This document shows positions 49,801 through 62,172 of a DNA stretch of 64,000 bases, piece after piece; the stretch's first letter is position 1; each line of letters starts with the position of its first letter. The DNA comes from Vitrella brassicaformis CCMP3155 (Eukaryota > Protista > Chromerida), in contig CDMY01000391.1 of the NCBI GenBank assembly GCA_001179505.1, forward strand, positions 25,272 through 89,271, given 5' to 3'. A program made the position numbers and the translations under genes. The notes beneath the pieces are model-generated. The model was not told the origin of the DNA. It made no database searches and saw only the letters and a list, made by a program, of their open reading frames with translations.

Positions 49801-50099
49801 GGGTGGTAGACAATCTCCTCGTTGGAGTGTGCGAAGGGGCATGACCCTCCCCTCTTGCACCTGTTGGAGAGAATCTCGTCGCTCATGCCGAGCGACACGT
49901 CGGGGCAGGCCATGGGCACATAGCGGAGGCAGTCGGGGTCGCTGAGGTAGAAGGGGCACCTGCGAGGCCAGTAGTCGTTGTGGGAGTACTGGCACCGCCG
50001 GCTGCCGAAGTCGCATCCCTCGGGCGCCTTGACGCGCCGACACGGCTTGGTCCTGAAGCGAGAGAGGTCCTCGTCAGACAGCAGCGACGAACACGCCAT
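46850..50099 (-). CDS. Unkempt-like multi-CCCH zinc-finger protein with an SH3-like domain and low-complexity tail
   Basis: LSRFRTKPC...[38 protein letters not shown] and CQKYQEGGCDTYYCPFIHG. SH3-like segment: AEIIDDFQP...LFLNRGDQVLV...NDW|TYGK...GWFPSAAV. Confidence 0.85.
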
Positions 50100-50722
50100 G
50101 CCGACTGCACTATCGCCGACACACACTAGGCCGTCACAACAACAACAAAACCCAAGTGCAGCACCCAAAAGGAGAACTTGCACGACTCGCGAGCTAGTAA
50201 GCTCGCAATGGTGGGGCAAGATCGTTCAGATGTAGGCCCCCCTGAGGACAGCAGGAGATTCAGCAGACATCGTGTGATGGCTGGAATCCATCGCAGAGCC
50301 GCCTGTGATGTCACACAGCGCCGCGAGCCGAAATCAATGACAGTGGTGAGCTGGAGGCGAGGAGGAAAACCGACAAGCATGATGTGTACGTGTGTCATCG
50401 TCTGTGTGTGTGTCTGATCTGTCAGGATGCGTTAGGTTCTCTGCCCCACCTCTCAGAGATCTATCTCACTCGGGTGATCAGATCTCTCTGCTCTCCTATC
50501 GGTTGCTTCCTTCGGCAATGACGAAGGACCGGAGGATGACAACGAAGGCACTCCCAAGACACTCATCCACAGCAAGCAAGACCCGACATCAGCCATACCA
50601 ATCCTGCCCAACTCTTCTGCAAAGCCAAGACCCTCCATCATCGTCCGCTGCTCTCCCAGCAGCTGCCCCTCTCCATCCGACAGCTCTCTTTCTAACAGCA
50701 ACCAGCCGACTGACCCGTGCCA

Positions 50723-52160
50723 ATGGCCCGACCTGCTGCCTGTCATCTGGTGCTGTATGTGGTGGCTCTGCTGATGACCTTGGCGGCCTCCCAGAGCAGC
50801 AGCTCTCATCACTACGGCCATGGCATTGGGTACCAGTCTGACCATGGTGTGTGTCACAAGAAGGAGCCAGTGCACTATGAGTGCCCCCACGGCTACACAT
50901 TCGATGACGACAGCCACAAGTGCGTCAAACACCAGTACGGCGACCTGCTCTACTACTGCCCAAAGGTCAGTGAACCGACACACACAGATGGATGGCAATA
51001 ATCGTGTTGCTGATTCATGTCTGTGTGTTGTGTGTGGTGCAGGGCACCAAGGAGGCTCATGACGGCTCATGTGTCAAGTACGACTACACTACCAAGACGC
51101 CCTACTGCAAGCACGGCAAGCTGGACGATGCCGCCCACAAGTGCATCGACCACCAGTACTATGACGTCGATTACAAGTGCCCACACGGCTACTTATTCAC
51201 TGCCGATGAGACCAAGTGCTACGCCGACAAGTACACTGCCAAGCTCTACAAGTGCCCTTATGGCTTCAAGCTGACCACCGACAAGAAGAAATGCATCAAA
51301 CACATCTACGCCGACCTCAAGTACTACTGCCCAAAGCATTCGTATGCCACGGCCAAGGGCTGCAAGGTGACGACTTACAAGGCCAAGGTGTCCTACTGCC
51401 CCCACGGCCATCTGGAGGGCGGCAAGTGTGTGGTCATCAAGGACAGCTACTACTCCTATTACCCCAAGTGCAAACACGGCTACTCATTCCACAACCGCAA
51501 GTGCGTCCTCAAGACCTTCCATGACGCCCACCACAAGTGCCCCTATGGCTTCTCGCTCACTGCCGACCACAGCAAGTGCTATGTGGACAAGTATGTGGCC
51601 AAGAAGGCCAGGTGCCCCCACGGCTACCAGTGGAGCAAACATGAGAAGAAGTGCATCAAATACGACTATGCCGACCTGCAGCACTACTGCCCAGAGGTGA
51701 GACCGAGTGAACACCGCACAACTCACAGGAGGGATGCATTGACGTGGCTGTGTCTGTCTGTGTCGATCAGTACTCTGTGTTGACGCACAAGGGCTGCAAG
51801 TCGACCACATATGAGGCCAAGACGCCCTACTGCTCACACGGCCATCTTAATGGCCACAAGTGTGTCGTCAAGAAGCACTACGGCATCCACTATGAGTGCC
51901 CTTATGGCTATCAGCTGACCAAGGACGGCAGCAAGTGCTACGCCGAGACCTACCATGACCAGCTCTACAAGTGCCCGTCCGGCTATGAGCTGACTGAGGA
52001 GGACACCAAGTGTGTCAGCTACCACTATGCTGACGTGGCCTACAAGTGCTTGAAGGGCAAACTGACGTATGTGGGCTCACAGCCCATTTGCTGCGTCGAT
52101 CACTATGGCCACGGCAGCAGCAGCAGCAGCAAGTTCAGGGGGGCCAACAGCTACCACTAG
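50723..52160 (+). CDS. Oocyst-wall-protein-like, secreted Cys/His/Tyr/Lys-rich repeat protein
   Basis: Signal peptide followed by many CP(H/Y)G(Y/F)x7-8KC...Y.C repeats over three exons, resembling COWP/OWP Cys-spaced repeats. Confidence 0.75.
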
Positions 52161-52730
52161 CTGAGTGACCGAGAGACTCACTCACCCGCTCAGGCAGACA
52201 GAGAGGGGGGGAGGGGGGGCCGACTGCTCTGCTCTTCCGACGTGTGTATACCAGTTGTGACTTGACATTGGTGTGAATAGATAGATGGAGGCCTGTGGGC
52301 GGTGTGGTGTGCCCTTTTTTGCTGGCCGGCTGTATGTGTTTGGCGTGTGGGTGAGTGCTTTCGGGTTGTTTGCTCCCATAGTGTGGGCGGGCCGGGGGGC
52401 CGCGAGGGGCGTGTGACGGACCTCAGGTGTGTGCGGTGTTTGTTTGGCCATGTGCATCTTGTGTGGGTGTCGATAGATAGGACATGAACTAATTGATGAG
52501 TGTAGCCAGCAGTGAGTGCACTTATGGACGTCAGACGTCACACACAGTTGTGTCGATGCATGTGTGTATGTATGTGCGGAGACACGTAAGCTTCAAGTGT
52601 GGCGGTCCGAGCTAAGCTAAAAGGCTTCACCCACTCTCCCACCCAACTATTCTACTGCAGGCTAGCCACCACGTGAAAACCCGTCAGAAAAGACGTCTAC
52701 ATGCAGCCACACATAGATGTGTGTGTCTGT

Positions 52731-54764
52731 CTACCCCTCCGCCCCCTCCTCCCCACTGTCACCCTCCAGCTGGCCGTCCACCTCCCCCTCGCTACCGCCA
52801 TCGCTGTCACAACCGCTGCCGATATCATCATCCGGCCCGACATTCGTCTCAACCTCGGCTGTTTGCGCCACATGCTGCTGATAGAGGGCCGCCACACGCT
52901 GTTCGTCGATGCTGTCCGGAATATGGCGGCCGAGAAACACGATCGCCTGAATGAATGACAACAGACGACCCAGAGACAGTTTGGTGTGTGTTCGCGCCCC
53001 TAGGTCGACATAAGGGAGTGCCTTGCAGGTCGGTCACCGGAGCTGCGATGTGAATGTCATTATGTGTCTGCAGCTCGACCAGCTTGTCCACACCGCCGGC
53101 CTGCGTGAAACGGAATAGAGAACAGCCGTGTGAATGGTGTCCACTGTCCTCATTCTCTCTCTCTCTCTCTCATCCACTGACCTGCTCTACTAGAGTGGAG
53201 TAGGGGCTTTCGGGGAGGCCCTCGAGGGCCTGCTTCTGACGACCCGCACTGATGCACACACCAGACGAACGCAACACAGCACGTGATAGGTAAATGCGGT
53301 GTGTGTCCTTTGGCCTTCCCCTGCTACCGTAGTATCTTCTCCAGCACGGAGATGATGATCCCTGGATGGTGATCACTCGATTGTCATTGGCGTTACCATC
53401 GAGTGCGTCACAGATGGGCTGGACGCCGCCACACTCAACCACATACTCAACCTGCACGATTGAACGAGGAATGAACACACACACAGACAGGCCCGTGATT
53501 GTGGGGCGGTTCAGCGGTCAGCGTAGGCACCTGTTGCTGCGAACCTCCACGGGCTATACTGCCGATGCTCGCTGCTGCTATCTCCCTCTTGCGAGGATCG
53601 CTGCCCCCCCTGGCCGCCGCGTTGACCAGCAGCGGCACCAAATCGGCATCGATGACCGTCTGCACGTGGGCAGTGGTGCCTGCATCAAATCCATATATTA
53701 CACACACAAACACGGCCCCCCACACTTGACGTCCACGGAATCAGTGAGTGTGTGTGATGGTATGTCTTACCTTCAGCGATGCAGTGCACCATCATACATG
53801 CGATGCATTTCCCAACGTCATCGGCCACCTCCAGCAGCGCCGTGAGCGATCCCACGGCGCCACACTCGACCAACGCGTCACGGTCGGCATCGGTACCTGA
53901 GAACGCGGGCAGGAAGGACAAAGCCGACCATGCAGCTCAGAACGGTCTCTCAGGCACTCATGTATACTGACCGTCTTCCCCAACACACAAACTCGCGAAG
54001 TGCGCCACGGCTCGTCGTGCGGGCTGCAGCACACGGTCATTCTGCTGAGGTGCGCCGATCAGGTTGACCAGGACCGGCAGGAAGGGGGCGAACTCGGCCA
54101 GGGGGGCGGGGAGGGGTCGGTCGCACCACAGGTTGCCCAGCAGGTGGGCACCCATGGCGAGCACGTCGGCCTTGGTGCTCTCGCGCATCGCCGTCAGCAG
54201 CGGCTGCAGGACGCCGGCCGCCACCACGGCATTGCGACAGGCCACCGATCCCTCCGTGGTCTTGAACAGCGCAGCAATCGCCATTACACGCACATTGTCA
54301 TGAGGTGACGACACGAGCTGCACGAGAGGCGGGACGGCACCGGCATCCACCACCACCACCGCATCGCCATGACGCACCGCCAGCTCGCTTAGGGCAACTG
54401 CTGCAAATTTCTGCGCCTCCTCGCAGCCGCTCAGCTGCTCGACCAGCGCAGGCAGCGCGCCCGCACTGATGGCCTTCTGCTCCATGACATCTACGTGCTT
54501 GACGGACAGCAGCAGGAACAGCAGCCGCACGGCGTCAGCCCGAAGTCGTGGTTGGTCCTGGTGCTGTGGACCGCCGGCAGAGGCCATCACTTGGCAGAGA
54601 TCGTTCATGACGGCAGTGATCTCGGCCTCGATGGCCTCGAAGCCCCGCTGCTGGACGGCTTCGTCGTATGCCTCTTGCGTGTGGATGGCATTGTACAGCT
54701 TTGTCGCCTTGACCAACACCGCTTGGGGCGGTGGATGGCCAGATGTGCTGTCCGCCGACTCCAT
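52731..54764 (-). CDS. Second, highly divergent importin-alpha-like ARM protein
   Basis: VDAGAVPPLVQLVSSPHDNVR, CRNAVVAAGVLQPLL, AGTTAHVQTVIDADLVP, GSQQQ|VEYVVECGGVQPICD and AGGVDKLVELQTH, ending in an acidic tail. 5' end uncertain. Confidence 0.8.
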
Positions 54765-55410
54765 CTCGTCACACTGCGAAGACCCACACCCACACACACA
54801 TGGTGCAGAATAGTCCGTGCCTGCTCTGCTTGATCCATCTGACCTTGAGGTGCTCAGCGGTCCTCTGTTTTGCTGCTGAATGGTCCCGCTGCCGCCCTGC
54901 TGTCTGTCCGGCGCAGATGTCACAACTCACACCTGGAGAAGAAATGACAGCACGAAATGAGATAGATCAGGGCTGCCCGAAGATTCCCTCTGGACCCTTG
55001 CTCATCACTGCTAACTCACCGACAGAGATCTCCTCCACAGCCCGAGAGATGGACGCAGCCCGACAGCAGGCAGGCACTCAACGCTAAAAGAGAACACAGC
55101 ACGCCTCTGCAGAAGTCTGGCGGCTCACGGGAAGGGCACCTCCATCGCCGGCATCCAGAGTTTCTCATCTCTTCCAGCTCGCACTGCCTCGATCGTTCCT
55201 GGCAGCCTGTTTCAGCGATTGTGGTGCCTTCCAGAGGGCAGCAGGAGCCCTATCAGACACAAACTGATGGTTGGAACTCATCGCTGAGGCCCATCGCAGG
55301 GCATCATGGCGGCTGTCACGGTGAGAGAGGGAATGATGATGGAATGATGACTGATCAATTAAGAGGTGCTCTGTGTTCTGTGTGGTTGGTCTGACAAACA
55401 GGTCGGTAGC

Positions 55411-58106
55411 ATGAAATGGCCGCAGCAGAGAGGTTCGCCCGACTCGCACACACCAACACACAACAGATGCCCTCAGAGGTGTGCTGTGCTGTCTGTGATG
55501 TGTTGCAGCCGTGTTGGTGGACGGGATCGTCAAGAGAGCAGCGTCGATGGGCTGCCGCGACGCGACCGTCATGCGGGCGGTGCGGCTGCTGGACCTGTGC
55601 CATACCGATGGAATCATCGACACGGACAACGCCACACAGGCAAAGAGATCTGAATGACAGACAGAGAGTAAGGACTCGTGGGATGTGTGTGTCACTTGGC
55701 TGGCTGCTGACACGCAGGTAGCAGTTGCGTGTGTGGCCGCCTGCGTCAAGCGGCTGGAGCCACACCTGCTGATGGACGACATGCCTGATGACCCTTCCCA
55801 CACACGGGCACAGGTATTGAAACACAGACACAGACACGCACACGACGCTCACCTGTGCAGCGCCGACCTGTTTGTCTGTCTGTTTGTTTGTTTGGCTCTG
55901 TGTGTGCAGGTGGTGGGTCGTGCGGCGGCTGATAGTTCTGTGTGCGGCATTGGGTGTCTGGAGAAGCTGTTCACTGATGCCGGCATGGACACCCACGGCC
56001 GCCTGTTCTCAGTCGCCAAATACCTCATGGTAAGCCGGTCGGCCACTCAGACACAGACACCTGCAGCCGTCGAATGGCTTATCCATGTCTGTCTGTGCCC
56101 TTTGTGTGTCCACAGTTTCTGTCGATGTGTGAAGTCGAGTTGGCCGGGTGCGATGTCCGTCTGCTGGCCGCCACGGCCGTCTACATCACACGCAAGAACC
56201 ACCAGGACCAAATAAGGGGCCGCATATGGGTGGGCCAGAGCGGCACGTGTCATGATGTGTGTATGTGTGATGGCCTGGGTGGGTCAATGTCCGTCAGAGT
56301 GCGGCCCTTGTGGCTGAGAGTTCGGTTAGCGAGGCGGCGTTGGAGTCTGCCATAGCGACGCTGAGGATGCAGCGGCTGCTGTGGCGCGACACACAGACCA
56401 CCAAAGGGGTGAGGGACACACCAGCACACAATGTGCGTGTCACTGTGTGTCCTTTGTGTGTAATTGTGTGTGCAGATAGTCACGGATGCAGTGGACGAGA
56501 TGTTCGCCTCGGCCGACCGCCACGGCGTTGCGTTGACACACAGCCACCCGCAGCAAGAGCGCCAGCAGCAGGTGGGTGTGACACAGCCGACCGACCGAAA
56601 TGCGCCAGATGTGCCTTGACGTGTGTGTGCCGTCTGCAGGATGGCAACAAGGACCATCCCCTCGCCCATTTCTTTGTCGACGACCGGTGCTGCATCCCCG
56701 ACATCAGCACCACGCTCCAGCTGAGGGCAGCCGCACCATGCTTCAGAAAAGCCTTCTCACCAACGCAGCTACGCAACCGCCTCCACCACTCGATAGCCCG
56801 TGAAGGCATCGACACTCAGCTGGTGCAGTTCGACACATCGCTGGGAATGGGTGAGCTGATGGCGGCGGTGTGGATCGCCGAGGAGGGCGGGCGGTGGGCT
56901 GAGACGAGGGAGGTGCTGCAGTGGGCCAGCCAGTGCCGCTACTGTACACTGCCCATCATGCTCACGGCAGATGACATCAACACACACGCCAGCAAGACGG
57001 TAAGGCACACACAGAGGGGCGGGAGAGAACAGAGAGGCCTCATCCCCTCTCTGTCTGTCTGTCTGTCTGTCTGTGGTGTGGTGTAGGCGTATGGATTGTT
57101 AGCTCGTGTGTTGGCGCAGCTCATGGTGGTCGGCCGCCACGTGGCCTTCGGTGACGGCAGCTGCCTGCAGATCTTCCGCCATGCCAATGGTGAGGTGCGG
57201 GCCATCAAGGACGAGCCCGGCTTTCGGCTGACCGTCAACCCGGTCATCCCCGCCCACCAGCTGTATCAGCAGCATCGCCTACAGCATGACCCACCAGTGG
57301 AAAGCCGCATCGAATACTGGGCCATCGACGGCAGATGGGTGTCGAGCTTCCCGTTCGAATATCCGTCGGTGTCGTCGTTTGCCAAGGACATGATCCTCAG
57401 CCACTTCGCCTTCACTCACCAGATCAATCGCACATCGATACGACTCAACAGGTAACACATCAATGGCACCAGTGGCGAGAGGGGTGCGTGTTCGATTGTG
57501 TGTGTGTGTGTGGTTCAGGTATGTCGGTGGCGGCCGCCTGGATGGCCTCCTCACCCAATCGCCCCACACACAGGTGGCCGGATGCACAACGACATACAGC
57601 TGGGACGGTCGTGTGCTAGACCTGGTGCTCACCGATAGCAGCCACAACTTCGTCGCATGGATTCCCCTTGAGGATATGGGAAACGACAATGGTCAGCCCG
57701 ACAGACAGACAGCTCTGCTCGTCAAATGTTATTAGTGTTATCTGTCATTGTCCACAGTGTTGGTTAGTGTCGAGACCAGTGAGGCGGCCGTATGTGGGAG
57801 TGGTGCCTTCAAGGACCGCTACCCCGTCACCATTCAGCTAGCGCGTGTGGCGCTGGGGCGAGTGGCGCCATACGTCTTCGACGGCCAAGTAGAATGATGA
57901 TGACGGTAGGGACACGCACAAACACAGGCCGGATGGACGGCACGACGTGGCTTGTGTTGTGTGTGGTTGTGTGTTTGTGTGTCGTGTTAGGTTCCGACGA
58001 TGGCAGCGATGATGAGGGCAGTGCAGGTACCAAAGAGAGAGGGAGGGAAGGCACACAGCACACAAGTGTGTCCCTCCTTGTGCACTCGACAGGTGACGGT
58101 GTCTGA
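55411..58106 (+). CDS. Family member D: degenerate cyclin fold plus F-box-like motif plus family core
   Basis: MKWPQQR|AVLVDGIVKRAASMGCRDATVMRAVRLLD...Q|VAVACVAACVK...AKYLM|FLSMCEVELAGCDVRLLAATAVYITRK is spliced in phase through helical linker exons to DGNKDHPLAHFFVDD and the core. Confidence 0.78.
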
Positions 58107-58693
58107 TTGAGCAGTCAACTACCACTGGTACGCCACAGAAATGCCACGCGCGAAGCCGATGAATGTCTTCGGTCATCCAATTGCGTTGTGTGTGCACAGG
58201 CCGAATGGTGGTCGGTGTACCACTCACTCACTCTGGATCTTGGATGGTCAGGGGTTACCATATGCCTCTGATGCCGTCACGTCAGTTAGGCTATGGCTTT
58301 GCTTTTTGTCCGTGCGTCTCTCCCTCCCCCTCTATGTGTGTGTGTCTGTCTGTGTGAATAGAGATCTTCTCGTCCTCATGGCTGGCTGGCTGGCTGGCTG
58401 GCTGTGGGTGGGTGGGCCTGTGGGTGCGCTGAGTGCTCTTCACTGCTGCAGTGGCCGATTTTGATGTGATGCTGCGGGGTGTGTGAGTGTGTTTGGCTGC
58501 CTGGTCGGGCCACTCGCAACCAATCAATGCATGTGTGTGTGCTGATGGAGACCTCTCTCTCAATGATTGTGCGCCTGAGTGTCCAACACTGTCCCACACC
58601 CCCAGAACGTGGGTCCAGGATTTCAAACCCTCCTCCCCCTCCCTCCCCTTCAGTAGATCTTCCTCCGCCGGCGTGGCTCTTCATCTTCTGCAG

Positions 58694-60281
58694 ATGCAGC
58701 AACAGCAACATCAGGAGCAACAGCATCCCTTCGCGTACATCTTCCTCGGCCGCCTCACGTGGTATCTTCTCAGCATCGTCGACGTCGTGCAGCTCAGAGC
58801 CACCTGCACATGGCTCAGGGGTCTCTTCGGAGCGCCCCAGCTGAGAGATCGGCTCCGCCACTCTGTCGGCTCACAGGCGGGGCCGCGGCGGGCGGTGAAT
58901 GGGCAGCAGGTGCAGCTGCTGCGGTTCGACGACGACCAGTTCGGCGTGCGGGATCTGCTGGCGGCTGTGTGTGTGATGGAGGAGGGGAGCTGGGTGGAGA
59001 TCGGTGTGGTCATTGAGCTGGCGGGGCAGTGCGGCTACTGTGAGCTGCCTGTCATCCTCACATCCGATGACATCAACACACACGCCAACAAAACGGTGAG
59101 CCAGCAAACAGAGGGGCGGGGAGGGGACAGTGAGGCCTCATTCCCTCTCTCCCTGTGTGTGTGTAGGCGTATATGTCGGCTCCGCGTGTGTTTGCACAGC
59201 TCATGGTGGTTGGCCGCCACGTCAAGTTCAGTGACAACAGCTGCCTGCAGATCTTCCGCCATGCCAATGGTGAGGTGCGGGCTATCAAGGACGAGCCCGG
59301 GTTCCAGCTGGACATCGACCCGCCCCTCCTCGTCGGCCATCTGTATCAGCGGAACCGACTAGAGCATGACCCGCCAGTGCGCAGCGGCATCAACTACAAT
59401 GGCGGCAGATGGGTGTCGAGCTTCATCCCGTTCGAGTATCCGTCGATGTCATCGTTTGCCAAGCGTGTGATCCTCCGCCACTTCCCTCAGACTCACCAGA
59501 TCAATAGCACATTGACTACACTCCACAGGTACCAACCACATCTACGGCACCAATGGGCGAGAGCGGTGCGTGTCTGATTGTGTGTGTGTGTGTGTGTTTG
59601 GTTGGTTTAGGCGTGTTGGTGGCGGCCGTCTGGATGGCCTCCTCACCCAGTCGCCCCACACACCGGTGGCCGGATGCACCATCACATTCAGCCGGGACGG
59701 TCGTGTGCGATGGCTGGTGCTCACCAACAGCAGCCACACCTTCGTGGCATGGATTCTCATTGAGGATCAGACCGATAATGGTCAGGCCGACAGACAGGCA
59801 GCTCTGGTCGTGATCGAATGCCATGTGATGGTCTCTCTGTCATTGTCTGCAGCGTGGGTTGACGTCGTGACGACCGAGGTGCCCCTGGCGGGTGTCAGTG
59901 AGAATGCGCCTTTCAAGGACCGCTTCCTCGTCACCACTCAGCTGGCCCGTGTGGCGTTGGGGGCGGTGGCGCCATACGTCTTCGACGGACAAGTACAGCA
60001 GCAGCAACAGGATGACGATAGCGACGATGGTATGCACACACACACATTGGTGGACGGATGGACGATGTTCCTTCACTTCTGTGTGGTGCAGACGGCCATG
60101 GTGGTGGCTGGGATGATATGGACGACGACAGCGAGGGCGAGGACAGCGGAGGTACGCAGCCACACACAGCACACGCATACCCGCACGTCGGCCTGCGTCA
60201 CATTCAGGTGTGTGTGTGTGTGTGTGTCCTGTGCACTCGACAGGTGAGGATGCCGCAGCTGAGGAGGAGAGCGGCGACTGA
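58694..60281 (+). CDS. Family member E, tandem to D, with a Gln-rich N-terminus (closest to C)
   Basis: HPFAYIFLGRLTWYLLSIVDVVQLRATCTWLRGLF, shared core and acidic tail ...GEDAAAEEESGD*. Confidence 0.8.
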
Positions 60282-60859
60282 TCGATCCATCAGTCAGTAC
60301 CGGTGGCTGAGTGTGGGTGTCTGCCGTCAGGAGGGTATCTTTAGCTGCTGGCTTTCGTCATTCATCTCTGTAGCCAATCTGCTCACTCTGTCGACCAGCT
60401 GCTCATTGATGTGTCACTTACCGAATGTCTGGCATGGCTCTGATGCTTGCGTGAGTCGGTCTATGGCTTCGCCTTCTTCTCCGTGGGTCTCTCTTCTCAG
60501 CTATGTGTGGCCCTCTCCCTCCCTCCCTCGCTTCGTCTCTATCTGTGTCTGTCTGTCGGTGTGGTTCGATTCGCTGCTGGCCGATTTTGATGTGATGCTC
60601 CGGCCGGTGTGTGGCTTTGGTTGGTTGCCTGGCTGACTCACCTGCCTGCCTGCCATAACTCTCTCGAGATGACTGTGTGATGGAGTGTGTCTCTCGGCGT
60701 GTGCACACGATGGCCGTGAAGTGACATGTGTTCATGTGGTTGTTCAGATCTTTCCTGTCAACGACTGTTAAGTGATCGCAGAGTGAGCTCTGTCGTGGGC
60801 GAAGCTACTCTGGGGGGCTAAGCTCGCAGACCCGAATGTAAATCTCCTCGTTCAGCTGC

Positions 60860-62104
60860 ATGCCCCTTCTCCGTCGCTTCTCGCCGTTTCATTTGCCTTC
60901 CCATCTCCGCCGGCGGGTGATGGTGGCTTTATCAATGCAGACGGGCGTCATCATCTCCGCCTCTCGTCATCACCAGTTTGCCGTCAATGCGTCCCTCTCT
61001 CCCTTCACCACGGCAACTCGACAACTTTCTTCAAGGAATGCTGACGCCCTTCTGCGATGGGAGGATGAAGGAATGGGCGAGGCCGCCGCTGCAGAGCGCC
61101 GGCGGAAGATGGAGTGGAGGCTCATCGGCAACTCGGGCGTGCAGTGTGTGATGGATCTGCTGAGGCGATGGTTTGAGGTGCAGAGGACCTGGGAGATGGC
61201 CCAGGCTGACCTCGCTGTGCGGCCTTTGGGCGTGGATGAAGATGTGTGGCTGCCAGTGCAAGTCAAGACCAGCAAGGAGAAAATAACCCGTTTCTGGTTC
61301 TTCGGCCGTGTTCACCATTACGCCGACATGCCCGTCATCTGTGTGGCTCTTTCGGACCTCCGCATCTGGTGCTACAGCGGATCCGTACTGCAGCAACGAC
61401 TTACATATGGGAAACTCAGCGTGTATGAGAATGGGCGGTGGAACCATGAGAGCTTCCGGTGCTCAAGGGCCCTTGAGGGCCCGGCATCTCTGTCGCACAA
61501 GCTGCTGGTGGCCTATCAGGACCCCTCGTTCACCAAGGACTCGCTGGCGAACATCATGCTGCAGCGGTCCGAGACGCAGCAGAAAGGCCAGGAATCCGTT
61601 GCCGCATGGGCTGACCTACTATCTGCTGCTGACGTGGAGGTCCGTCAGCAGCTCATCTACGAGATGACGCCTGTCGATGCTGTTTGGTGGTGGAATAAGA
61701 AGCGATTCCCCATTCAGCACAAACAGGCTTTCCTTCACCATTGCAACAACGGCTCATATCATGTCGTCCTTTAGAAGAGCGCCGGCAGGAAGGGAGGACG
61801 CTATACATGGCAGCTGTACGATGAAGGAGACTTTGATCTGCTCGCTGTTTCTCTGCCTGGTGGCCGCTATGCCTATCTCATTCCCATGAGGAGGCTAATG
61901 GAGCGTCGGCTGGTGAATGGACCGACGGACAGGCGTCAGTGCAGTAGTGCGTCAGTGATACTTTGGACGCCCGAGGAGATGCAGAAACGACGGGGCCACA
62001 GAGCTGACTTTTGGGCGAGCACGCACATGATTGACGCACATACAGCAGATGGCGGGGTGGGGAGGCTGCACGCTATCCTTGAGGGTGCCAGGTGCTCTAA
62101 ATGA
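60860..62104 (+). CDS. Putative tandem PD-(D/E)XK (QxK-type) nuclease with a mitochondrial-like presequence, interrupted by an in-frame TAG at 61772
   Basis: Motif 1: ADLAVR...LPVQVKT. Motif 2: VDAV...PIQHKQ...YHVVL*K..GR...YDEGDFDLLAV...YLIP. The reading frame continues unchanged past the TAG. No introns. Confidence 0.6.
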
Positions 62105-62172
62105 CATGGTATGACACATTCGTGCCTGTGTGCATGCGTCTCGGTCAATGATTGCGTGTGTGGTTTTTCAAG

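Noticed and set aside
41171-58106. CKS1 lying near cyclin-like and F-box-like genes as a functional cluster
   Set aside because: They are 14-19 kb apart with unrelated genes between. Nothing beyond coincidence supports clustering.
33335-60825. GCTAAGCT motif recurring at ~33336, ~52610 and ~60817
   Set aside because: Too few and too short to distinguish from chance without a genome-wide test.
12856-61774. Stop-codon reassignment suggested by three in-frame stops (TAA 12856, TAG 29637, TAG 61772)
   Set aside because: Other genes here end normally at TAG (1647, 41004, 52160) and TAA (15404). Mini-introns or nonsense mutations explain the three cases more simply.
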